Assembly: GCA_904063045.1 (NCBI GenBank)
Contig: CAJFCJ010000020.1
Location: 1,232,916-1,296,915 of the forward strand
Direction of reading: 5' to 3'
From: Dimorphilus gyrociliatus
Taxonomy: Eukaryota; Animalia; Annelida
Length of the DNA stretch: 64,000 nt
Part shown: one piece after another, positions 49,885 through 60,263 of the stretch
Layout: every line of letters begins with the position of its first letter
Position numbering within the stretch: the stretch's first letter is position 1
Position numbers and translations under genes: made by a program
Notes under the pieces: model-generated
Told to the model about the DNA's origin: nothing
The model's database searches: none
The model's input: only the letters and a program-made list of their open reading frames with translations

Positions 49885-52011
49885 TCAAAAAGTGCTTGGA
49901 GAAGGTGTGTAACAAGCGTTACCTGAGACACCACCCATGTCACCGAATGTGTTTGCGTAGCTTGTTTTCAAAAAGTTGACATAGTTATGCATAGATCTGT
50001 TTGTAGCAGTAGATTGCTCCAACCTTTCTTTTAGATCGTATAATTTAGAATTCATTTTCCTTTCGGATTCATCTCTCTCTCTCCTAACCCTGGCCACTTC
50101 TGCCCTTGCAGCAGATAGTTCAGCCTCTAATTCACTAATTCTTGCTACTGCGGCCCTTTCTTTTCCGCAGGACTTTTGCCTAGCTTGTTCAGTTATTCTT
50201 CTTGATTCTGTAACAGCCGTCTCAAGCTGACGAGAAAGGCCCGCAACTTCTTTTGACCGTTCCTCCAATTGAACTTGGATTCTGTGCACCGTCTCATCTC
50301 TTTGAGCCAAGGATGACTGTAATTCTACATTCCTCGCCTCCAATTCTCGAACCCTTCTTTCCACATTTGATAGTTCATGCACGTGAACGTCGTTTTGTAT
50401 TTGACGATGTTGAGATGTTTGATGAAGTTTCGATTTCAGTTCATTTTCTTTCTTTTCGGATTCATTTAACTTCTGTGAAACATCGGCTAATTTTAATTCA
50501 GTTGCTTTAAGCAACTCTGGGACAGGTTCAAGCTGAGCCAGACGTTGCTGAACGCGGGAACGAACCTCTTGCACAGCTATGCCGCACTCCTTTTGTAACT
50601 TCGCCGTTAGACGTTGCTCTTCTTCCAGCCTCGATAACGCGTCGTCAGCTTCTTCTCTGGCCTTTTTCAACTGTTGTTTATACTCTTCTAATAAGCGTTC
50701 AGCCTGACCAAGACTTTCCCGGGCATTGTGAATTTCAGTCTCGGCTCTTTCATACTCCATTCGAGACATCCTCTCTCTTGAAATGGCCTCCCTTTCTCTC
50801 TGTTCCATTCTATCAATATCAACTTTGGTATCTTGTTCAATGTTCAGCAATCGATTGTGTAGAGCGGTAACTTGAGCATCTAAAGCCGATTTTTCTTTCC
50901 TGAGTAATTCATTTTCGGTTTTTAATTCCATTACATCAGCATCCCTTTGGGTCACTTGTTCATTAATAATTTGCAGTTTTTGCTCGCTTGTATTAGCTCT
51001 TTCTTTTTGTACTCTTGTTGCTTTTTTTAAAGCTTCTTTATTCTTTGTATACTTTTCGCGTGTTGATGCCAGCATATTTCGAGCATATTCCAGGTCTAAT
51101 CGGGCAGTAGCTAGGTCAGATTCGAGGGTGCGAACCTGAACAGCTAAACGATTGCAATCGGCCTCTTTCGCTTTGAAGGCTTTTTGTAGATGAGCTCTTG
51201 TTGTTTCTAAGGCTGTTTGAGCTCCCGAGAGTGCTAAATTTTCATCTTTTTGGGCTTCAGCTGTCATATGAACTTCTTGCATAGTTCTTTCTTGTTGAGA
51301 CAACGCTTCCTCAGCTTTCGCTAACTTATGGAGAAGTAAATCGCGTTGCTCTATAAGGCGATGAGTAGCAGCTTCAGAGTCGTGCGTTTCATGCAGTAAA
51401 CTTACCAAAATTCGAGCTCCCCTTTCGAAATCTCCCAATTTGGATACCAGTAGGTCTCTTTGCTTGTTAATCATATTCCAATCGCTACCACATAGTTTAC
51501 GCTCATCTCGAAATCTCCTCATAACATCACGAAGACCATCGGCATGACGAATTGAAGCTGTTGCATCTAATTCAACAGAGACAAGTTTGTGGAGAAGAGC
51601 CTCCTTTCCCTTACTTTTAGCGACATCGTCAGTTTCTTTCCTCAAGGATCTCTCAAGAGCAACCTCTGCTTTCAAAGACCCAACTTCAGAAACCAATTCT
51701 CCTACCCGACTTTCGTATTCATGCATCTTTACTCGGACATTATCTTCTTCTTCCGTTGAGACTTCAACTACTCTTGGACCGCCCGGAGCTGGTTCACTCG
51801 AAGCTAAACATCGAGATCGTATAGAGCTCTTTGCAGGTGGAGGTATCCATCCATGCTCTCTTTCCTTTATAGCTCTTCGAACGTCAGATTTCGAATGGGA
51901 TGAATCTAGTCTTTTTTTTACGTGTACATGAACAGCAGTATCCTCAGCAACATGCACATGTACTGGTGAGACTGCTCCCCCTCTTTCAACAGTCATGATG
52001 AGTTTCTGCAT
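49885..52011 (-). CDS. ODF2: Outer dense fibre protein 2/cenexin-like coiled-coil protein; CDS appears intronless (true start may be the MTVERG ATG)
   Basis: SPVHVHVAEDTAVHVHVKK and WIPPPAKSS motifs typical of the ODF2 N-terminus; long coiled coil; C-terminal MHNYVNFLKTSYANTFGD. Confidence 0.85.
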   Translation of the reverse strand: MQKLIMTVERGGAVSPVHVHVAEDTAVHVHVKKRLDSSHSKSDVRRAIKEREHGWIPPPAKSSIRSRCLASSEPAPGGPRVVEVSTEEEDNVRVKMHEYESRVGELVSEVGSLKAEVALERSLRKETDDVAKSKGKEALLHKLVSVELDATASIRHADGLRDVMRRFRDERKLCGSDWNMINKQRDLLVSKLGDFERGARILVSLLHETHDSEAATHRLIEQRDLLLHKLAKAEEALSQQERTMQEVHMTAEAQKDENLALSGAQTALETTRAHLQKAFKAKEADCNRLAVQVRTLESDLATARLDLEYARNMLASTREKYTKNKEALKKATRVQKERANTSEQKLQIINEQVTQRDADVMELKTENELLRKEKSALDAQVTALHNRLLNIEQDTKVDIDRMEQREREAISRERMSRMEYERAETEIHNARESLGQAERLLEEYKQQLKKAREEADDALSRLEEEQRLTAKLQKECGIAVQEVRSRVQQRLAQLEPVPELLKATELKLADVSQKLNESEKKENELKSKLHQTSQHRQIQNDVHVHELSNVERRVRELEARNVELQSSLAQRDETVHRIQVQLEERSKEVAGLSRQLETAVTESRRITEQARQKSCGKERAAVARISELEAELSAARAEVARVRRERDESERKMNSKLYDLKERLEQSTATNRSMHNYVNFLKTSYANTFGDMGGVSGNACYTPSPSTF

Positions 52012-52193
52012 TTAAATCAATCAAGCCAATTAAGTTGAATTATTTATACTGTTTAGAAAAATTTGACTAAGTTTGTTATGCATGTTCGAAATACCTTCTC
52101 CCCGCCTCTTCGACTCTTTCGAATCATTGAAATTTTCTCATCAGTTGACTGATCTAACTGTGAATCAGTATTTTTAACTTATTAATTATCTGT

Positions 52194-52477
52194 TTATGTA
52201 AAGCATGCAAGTTTTTTAAATGTAAAAAACTCCATTCCAAACGGCGGGCAACAAGACCGAACATGCATAGGAGTAAAGCGATCAGTACAATAACATCCAA
52301 GTAAAAATAAGAAGCTAATTACCTTTATGATAAGATTAATGTATTAATAAATTATAATGACCAATTTACACCTAAAACCAATACACTTAAATAAAAATAC
52401 ACATAGTTTCTTGGCAAACTCGGAGCAGTAAACAATTTACTAGTATGGAACCCAGCTCCAATTGCAGCTGGCGCCCT
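52194..52477 (-). CDS. Candidate small single-pass membrane protein (two exons seen, start unresolved)
   Basis: Exons 52477-52370 and 52322-52194 join across a 47-nt GT-AG intron to give 78 stop-free codons with one continuous hydrophobic helix, YVYFYLSVLVLG|VISFLFLLGCYC. Confidence 0.35.
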
Positions 52478-52977
52478 CTGTATTATATTAAAATAATTAG
52501 CTAGAGAATTCCATTAAAAATTTACAAAAAATATGCTAAATAAAAAGTATTATTTTGTAAATAAATAATTCCTCTCACCTTAATAGGAAATAGAGAAAAA
52601 GCGAAACTTAAATGACGTAATAAGGATATTTTCCGAGCTGGTATGGCGGCTCAAGTATATTTAAATGACTGGGATAATAAATTGCAGCAGACCAGGTTAC
52701 CTGCTTTGTGAAAATATTCCCGTTCATAAAACTAGTAAAACTGATCTCAAAATTCATTATTACTATCAAGTTTTCATTAGTTTTCATTTAGTAACAAAAG
52801 AGGATGTGACAGAGAGAAAGAGAGGATGTGAATGTCTATCACACAATAGATAGATTAATGAGAAACTTGTAATGAATTTTTAATAATAATTCCAATTTAT
52901 TTGTTAATAAAGAAACATATAAGGAGACTTTATAGGGAATAATAGTTATTATTTTACTTAATATAGTTAATATGTAT

Positions 52978-53991
52978 TTAATTGTATTCTTCTTCTGCTT
53001 TATGCAATCGCTCAAAAAATTGACGTTTCGCTTCCTCGACAGCTTCCTTTACTTCTTCATCTTCCAACCACGAATAGAATATATTACATCGAACAGTAGC
53101 CGTAGAAGTAGGGTCACGTTTATTTACGATTGATTGATATAATAATCGAAAGAGAATAGCAAATGTAAAGTCTCCAATGCTTAGTAGAATTGTTATAAAG
53201 TTAACCATGAAGAAATTGTAAGTGACTGATTCCCTTAAAGGTTGAGAACAACCTTCTTTATAGAGTGATAAATGTTTTTTATAATCATATAGGGAAGTAG
53301 ACGTTTCTACGTTTTCACTAATACATGGACGCGGAGACTTAGTACTACAACAACTAAATGGGACGTTCTTATTATTCATTAAATAGTTCTCCTGAATTTT
53401 GTTGTTAGCAATACTTTTCGGATTAATCCAATTAGTCCTAAACCAATCAGAATAAGTTCTAGAGCCACAACATCTAAAAAGTATTTGCATTTCGTCAAGT
53501 TGTAATTTAATAGTCGGTTCCCTGTCGTAGTTATGCATAGCATTATAGAGATTATGGCGAAAATCTTCAATAGTTGGAATAAAGAAAAGGTATTTCGCAG
53601 TTATAATTGAAACTCCGAAATGAAATGCCCATGTTAAAGTTGTTAGAAAGAAATGTAATAAAACCATTGTTTTTACTCTCCCTCTTGTTGAAGGAGTTAT
53701 AAAAATCAAGGCTAAAACAAATGTAAAAGAATTGACAATAACACCTAAAAGGGAGCTTGTAACATATAATTTAACAACGATTGATGTATTTGTTGTTAGA
53801 AATTCGGAAAATCTACTATGCTTAAATAAAATATATGTACCATGAACTAATCCAAAAATACTGATAATTATTAATAGTTTTGTTGAAACCAACAAAATCC
53901 TACACCATTTTGTACGTTTTTCCTCTGTAAATTTTAAATAGCAATTAGAATTCGATGAATGGTCTTTATTTAAGTAATCGTTTTCCTCCAT
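52978..53991 (-). CDS. Peripherin-2/ROM1-like tetraspanin, single exon
   Basis: Four TM segments; EC2 with CCGSRTYSDWF...W, VPFSCC...SPRPC and EGC, matching the peripherin/RDS subfamily pattern. Confidence 0.8.
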   Translation of the reverse strand: MEENDYLNKDHSSNSNCYLKFTEEKRTKWCRILLVSTKLLIIISIFGLVHGTYILFKHSRFSEFLTTNTSIVVKLYVTSSLLGVIVNSFTFVLALIFITPSTRGRVKTMVLLHFFLTTLTWAFHFGVSIITAKYLFFIPTIEDFRHNLYNAMHNYDREPTIKLQLDEMQILFRCCGSRTYSDWFRTNWINPKSIANNKIQENYLMNNKNVPFSCCSTKSPRPCISENVETSTSLYDYKKHLSLYKEGCSQPLRESVTYNFFMVNFITILLSIGDFTFAILFRLLYQSIVNKRDPTSTATVRCNIFYSWLEDEEVKEAVEEAKRQFFERLHKAEEEYN

Positions 53992-54821
53992 CGTTCCTTT
54001 GTAATTCGCAGAGATAATTAATGAAAACTATTACTTTTTTATATAGATTTAGGCTGAATTAAGCTTAAATTTATTTATTATTTTTTAAATATTTATATTA
54101 TTATATTATTAAAAATAATAAGAAAGCGTTTTTATATTTTTTGGAAAAAGTTAAAGTGTTGAAAAATAATTTAAATTTCCTTGTACAACTAATAACCGAA
54201 TTATCCGAAATATTGATCACTTTGAGTGCCAATTTTCGATCGTTACTTTTTGAATTGAACTCACTTGTTTACTAGCTGGTTTTTTCTTAATTAAATAGGA
54301 TTCTTCGTTTTTCTTATCTTAATATATTAGTTAATGAATTTGAATACTTTTGAGTATTTTATTTGTAAACGTTAACTACCTACCATACGTCAAGGTACAA
54401 TTTTCTCAGAATGTACAATATCAAATTGAAATAATTTCATGGAGTTCTTACATGGTGTACTTCCTATATTTGTTATTCTACATCAACTAAAGAATCTTTT
54501 ATGTAAAAGAATACGATAACGAATAATAAGAGCTATGAGATTATTCTACTGGCTTTCGCTTAAGAAATATTGAGCTCTAGATCTCATGGAAAAATAGTAA
54601 TGAGGAGAAAGAATCCATGTACTTTCATTTGAAACTCAATTAGTGCTTCAGATAACAAACTAATATGAAAGCTAAAGGGTAATTTTTCATTACAAGTCAT
54701 CATTCGAAGGGAACAAGGTGGAACTATAGTAATTAAATGTAGTATCCAGGTTAGGGTTGTGACAGGTAGCCGCGCTATTTTCTCGGTATGTAGATTTATC
54801 ACAGAAAACTTCCGGCTGGAA

Positions 54822-56032
54822 ATGGAGACGGGCGAACACGCAAGGTAGTGACAAAAACATCGTTAATAAATGAATTTAATTGTTCTATTTGCAATTATTG
54901 AATGGTGACAGTTGAACAAATTTGTCGCAATCGGATAATACGGTTTTAAATGGCCAACCTTCTGATATTTTATTGACATACGCGTATTTTTTTGTGTATT
55001 TCTGTAATCGAATCGATTTTTATTTTAATCTGCAAAAGTTGAGTCATGTATTGAAAAACGTTTTACTTAATTTGTGTTTGGTCTTTAATTATTTTTTTTT
55101 TATATGTAATAACGGCGAAATTTTTCATTTTTTTTTAAAGCCCACAAGTCAATCTAATTGTCAACTACCTTCCTCAAACACTAGCCGACAGCGAACTCGC
55201 CGAAATATTTTCTACAGTTGGCCCACTTCGAAACTGCAAAATCGTACGTGACCGCAAAACAAACTTAAGCTTTGGTTTCGGTTTTGTTGAATACGGTAAT
55301 CCTCAACATGCTAGTCAGGCGATTAATCGTCTTAATGGGTTGGCTCTGAAGAACAAACGTATTAAAGTTGCTTATTCTAGGCCGTCTGGCGAAAAATCTG
55401 GGAATTTGTATGTTAAAGGATTCCCAAAGCAGTGGGGTGAAGATAACCTAATCTCTCTCTTCCAACAATTCGGAAGTATAGTGCAATGTCGCATCCTAAG
55501 AGAGAAGTCTGGATCGAGTAAAGCTACAGCCTTTGTTTTGTACGATAAATATTCAAGCGCTCAACAAGCCATAGAAAGTTTAAATAATTTGCAATTAGAT
55601 GCATCTTGTGAGAGTCTGTGTGTCAAACTAGCACAAGATATAAATGAAAAAAGAGAAAAGAACGAGATGCTCAATAACTACAACAGACCAACACCTAGTC
55701 CTCTTATGCGTCAACTTAAAGCAAATTATCGCTATAATCCATTTCCGGCAAAAACTCAACCTGCGCCGGTCCCACAGCCACCGCCCCCTTGTTTATTCGT
55801 TTATAATATTGGACCGTATTACAATGAAACCGCTCTTATACAGTTATTTAGTAACTACGGAAACGTATTAAATTCGAATGTAATTAGGGAAGCAGGAACT
55901 GGAAAATCCAAAGGTTACGGATTTGTAACAATGTCGGATTATCAACAGGCCGTGCAAGCAATTCAAGCTCTGAACGGATATACCATTTATGATAAACCCC
56001 TACAGGTTTCATTTAAAACTGATAAATACTAA
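54822..56032 (+). CDS. ELAV/Hu/Sxl-family RNA-binding protein with 3 RRMs (304 aa; exons 54822-54844 and 55141-56032)
   Basis: NLIVNYLPQ, SFGFGFVEY, NGLALKNKRIKVAYSRP, NLYVKGFP, CLFVYNI, KGYGFVTM, LQVSFKT. Confidence 0.9.
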
Positions 56033-56058
56033 GTTGTTATAATTATTAGTGTATAATT

Positions 56059-57605
56059 TTATTCATCATCGTCGTCCTCTGGCTCATTGTCGACGTTATC
56101 TAGAATGTCAATAAATTTCTTGCATTTAGTCATTAACACTTCGATGGCTTGACAAATTAGGTCATAGACAGGTAAACAACCCGTTGATTCAACGTTAACT
56201 GTAGATTAGAGAATATAATAATGCGTGAAAATTTTTTTTTTGGAATTATTAATAATGAAGACTTACAAATAAAGTGATCGCGAATACGAGATAATTGTAC
56301 GTGGTTCTTTAAATCTTCGTGGCGTAGTACTTCTCTACTGCAGTTGTCTCTTCGAGCGTCTTTAACGTACGCTTCGCCAGTTTGATCTGTCATTTGGTAA
56401 TTAAGTTAACAAATAGAATGCATCTTTCGAAAATTATTACCATTTATTCCAATGACCCCATTAGCGAAACATTTTTTCAACATCTTTGCTAATTCTCCTT
56501 TTATTGGCTCTAACAATGAAATATCAGGTAGGAGTCGATAGGTTGCCGTGGCTAAGGGAAATTTGTATTCCTTAGTTTTAGAGCTAAAATGCATAATATT
56601 TATCAGCTTACCGACGGGAGAAAATTTAGCATGAGTTTTTCCCAAACCTTTAAAGCAATACATTTGAAGATCTATCTCCTGCCCAGGTCTTAACTTAGCA
56701 ATTAAAATGTCGTTGTGAACCGGATGAATATCTCCCTTCTTAAACTGCATATAAATAATAGTAATTATAACCCTTACAAGCCGAAATCAATATATGAGCT
56801 ACCATGTTCGCCTGATTTCCCAGAGGTTTCCATTTAAAGTCTGCTGTTGTAACTAAAAGTAACCACTTATTGAACAATTGACTTGTGTAACATATTACAA
56901 TATAATTTACCTTTATGATTATTATATAAATGATCAGGATCACTAGTTTCTCCACTAGAATCTGATTTACGTGTACACTTTACTTTTAAATTAAATTGAA
57001 TTGAGTCGTGTTCAGTGGGTTCTGTGTCATCTGCGCTTCGATATTCAAACATTCTTGGATCGGCTTTTATTGGAATTAAACCTATTCTGTGAGCTAAGAC
57101 TTCGTCTTGTATCAAAGATGTGTTGTTGAGGATGCACACCCTATCTATTGCCATTGTAGGAACTTCACTGAGTAAAATTCTTCTAAATGCATTCGCTACA
57201 GAGCAATCAATGTGTACCATGTCAAATTCGATATCATTACCATTATTACTGATTTCTTTAATATCTATTTGGAAATTCTGTAAAATTTTCTCTAATTAAC
57301 AAAATATTATTCAAGTGAAAAATAATGATCAAACTTTTTGAAATTTTTTTAAACTCCATGCATCGTCGTAGTCGTGATAACTTCCAGGAAAATCGCTTGT
57401 TTGTGGCTGTAAAAAACCATGTGTTGATCGATAATTGATGAAACTTACGAAAAGTGTATTAGTCTTGAAATAAATAGAACACAAGGAAGAATCTATGATA
57501 TTTCTATTGAATTATAAATTTCTCAGAACAAAATCTTACATGAGAGACCCCGTATTCACCAAGTATAACTTTGTTTCGCATATCTTCAATATTTTTTTTC
57601 GCCAT
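56059..57605 (-). CDS. POLR1C: RNA polymerase I/III shared subunit RPAC1 (AC40)
   Basis: [15 protein letters not shown]; [16 protein letters not shown]; [13 protein letters not shown]; [13 protein letters not shown]; HAKFSPV; RIRDHFI|FNVESTG. Confidence 0.95.
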
Positions 57606-58339
57606 TTTTACAGCGTGGTTCAGTGTCCCAAACCGTTCAAGTTATATCAAACGTAAATAGTTCTAAATTCGAATTTTGCTTTCAAGATAATATTCTTTCT
57701 TATGAATTTTTATTATTTATTTTTGTAAAATATATTCTTGCGAATTTAATATGCGCTATTAGGATCATGTAGGGAAGGATTAATTGGATTAATTAAGTTA
57801 ATCCAGAGATTTTGTCAAATAATGTATCTAATATAATATTGTATCAAATGTTTAAAATTGAATTTTTTATCAATTATACATAATTAAATATTACTATTCT
57901 TTTCAATTTGGCTTAATACTTTTGCTAATTTGAATACTTAATTTAAAAGAGTTACTACGTTTTGTAGACACCAGCTGCATCATAAACGTATTAAGTCTCT
58001 AAGCAACTTTTGCTACATCCTAAGATATTACTCGCTCCCATTGGAATTTGGATTGTAAACGCACGATAATAGTATCAGGTTTCATTATCTGTGTTCTTAC
58101 AAGTTAATGACATTTCCGGTTAAGTGCTTATTAGAGAAAGGCTAAGGTTATTTGACAATAAGAAAAGCCTTTCTTTTCTAATAATTTTCCTGTTTTGCTA
58201 CTTTCATATTGTTTGTAAAAAGTAAATTGTATTTTGTAAAAACTGAATATGCATTTCATAACTCAGGCCACTTTGGATAAATTGTAACAAACTTTAAACT
58301 GATTAGACGTACTGTCAAGTGTAGTTAATTTATATAATT

Positions 58340-59941
58340 TTAACAGCCGAACCACCAGGATCCTGTATCTCTTGCGAACCAGGGCTGTGTACGGAATTTG
58401 TTTTCATCGAATCTGTAGTATTCTTGATTTGTAAAAAAGTAATGATAGCCAGAGTTTAACTGGAAAACGGCGTCAACCTTTTCGGGAAGACCCCTCCAAT
58501 CAGTAAGACGTTTAGGATAGTTGTTTGCAACTTTTCCTCTTTTGAATAAATATTTATAAATGTTATTGTCCTTAATAAAGTACAAATGATCATCTTCGGA
58601 ATATATGAAGGCTGCGTCGACGTTATTTGGAATTCCAAGGAAGTCGTCAGATCCAATAATCTTAGGTGAGTCTGGCTTCATATTGAATCCTTCGAACTCC
58701 CAGAATTTATCACCTTTAAAGAAATAGGTTGTATCTGTTTTCTCATAATAAAATGAGGCGTCTAGATTTCCTGGTAAGCCTTTCCAGTTGTCTGAGATCT
58801 TTTTCGGATTTTCGAAGTAATAGACAGATATTGTCCAATAATAATTTCCTTTAAATGCATATATAGAGTCATCATAAGCTTGCAAGATCGTATCAATTTT
58901 AGCGTCTTGACAAACATCTGCTGGCGTGTCTGGTGCTTCAGGTGTTACCGGTTCAATAGTAGATGGAACTTGAGTCGGACAGGTACATGGCATGTCAGTG
59001 CTCTCACCTTCCTTTGCAGTTTTTAAAGAGACAGTTGAGGAGGGTGCTGTAGTGGTTTCAATACTAGGTTTAGTAGTTGCGTCTACTTTCTTCTCACCGT
59101 ATAAAGCTTGAATTCCTGCTATATCGTCACTATGTAATTTAAAATCAGATTGATAACCGTTAAAATAGGGTGCCATTAATGCATTTTGATTATCACTATG
59201 TTCCAGCCCTAAACTGTGTCCAAATTCATGGGCCGCGACTTGAAAGAGATTTATTCCATCGAAACTTTTATAAGTGAATTCTTCATCATTATCGAAGTGG
59301 GCATCACCTGAAAGTTTCGAGAATTGGCTTGGCAAGAACGCGTGAGCTAAAACATTACTTGGTCCATCAAAAGGATTTTCATCACCGTGTTGTCTTTTTG
59401 CAAAGAAGATAACAAGATCTACTTTGTACTCCTCCGATAGTGGTATATTGAACTTTTCTTCAAAAGTTAACTCAGTAACATCAGACCAGACTTTTAAAGC
59501 TCTTGCAATTGTTTCATGAACTTCCGTTTTTGTCATTTTGGAGGGCATCTGATTTGGACGAATATAGTATGTAAGATGTTTCTTATTCCATTTTTCACTA
59601 TGCAGAGAATAATTAAGCAGTGACTTTTTAGATTGTTTGTCAGGTAAACCACATCTTTTACCGTTCTTTATTTTATCAATTGTTTCATCATCCAATTTGC
59701 CAGTCTGTTGTAAACCAGCAAATCTTTGCATTTCTTTTAACGCAGCAATAAAATTTTCATCTTTTAGCGGATTCTTTCTATAAGAATTTGCTTCATTTGA
59801 TGGCAAATGATAGTCGTAAAACTTTTCTAAATACACTTCGGCATCGTCAAGTGAAAACTTTGATAACTTCTTTGGCGTAGGAAGGGAAGAAATGGATACA
59901 GCTAAAACAGCCATAGAAAGTGCAATGAAACTTTTTGCCAT
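58340..59941 (-). CDS. Matrix metalloproteinase with hemopexin domain, single exon
   Basis: Signal peptide, cysteine switch RCGLPD, HEFGHSLGLEH zinc motif, Met-turn ALMAPY, T/P-rich hinge, hemopexin repeats ending WWFGC. Confidence 0.95.
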   Translation of the reverse strand: MAKSFIALSMAVLAVSISSLPTPKKLSKFSLDDAEVYLEKFYDYHLPSNEANSYRKNPLKDENFIAALKEMQRFAGLQQTGKLDDETIDKIKNGKRCGLPDKQSKKSLLNYSLHSEKWNKKHLTYYIRPNQMPSKMTKTEVHETIARALKVWSDVTELTFEEKFNIPLSEEYKVDLVIFFAKRQHGDENPFDGPSNVLAHAFLPSQFSKLSGDAHFDNDEEFTYKSFDGINLFQVAAHEFGHSLGLEHSDNQNALMAPYFNGYQSDFKLHSDDIAGIQALYGEKKVDATTKPSIETTTAPSSTVSLKTAKEGESTDMPCTCPTQVPSTIEPVTPEAPDTPADVCQDAKIDTILQAYDDSIYAFKGNYYWTISVYYFENPKKISDNWKGLPGNLDASFYYEKTDTTYFFKGDKFWEFEGFNMKPDSPKIIGSDDFLGIPNNVDAAFIYSEDDHLYFIKDNNIYKYLFKRGKVANNYPKRLTDWRGLPEKVDAVFQLNSGYHYFFTNQEYYRFDENKFRTQPWFARDTGSWWFGC

Positions 59942-60263
59942 TTTGCCGTCGATTTTCTCGTCGATATTTCTTGAATGAAATATGCGTAAGCGAACCCCCT
60001 TTAATAATAGCTAAAAAACTGCGTCATCAATGAATTTTCTTTGTAAGGTGAGTAATTCAAATGCATTGGCCTTCGTAAATGCATGACTAAATTGCAAGAA
60101 ATTGAATATGCCTACCTTATATTTCAAAAAACATAATATTTAGTATATTATAAAAAAAGGGGGTCAATAAACTTTTACACTTCCGTTACGACCACACACT
60201 TAAAACACAAATCGTAAGTCATCAATGGGATGAGTATTCATACGGGTATGATTTTCTTATGGC

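Noticed and set aside
51587-51931. Antisense or overlapping ORFs in the track (for example 51587-51931, 50253-50510, 47739-48170, 5466-5750, 28633-28941, 7576-7977)
   Set aside because: They are shadows of real CDSs on the other strand or frame, with no independent protein features.
54584-54802. 72-aa minus-strand ORF near the ELAV-like promoter
   Set aside because: No recognisable features; it lies in the divergent promoter region.
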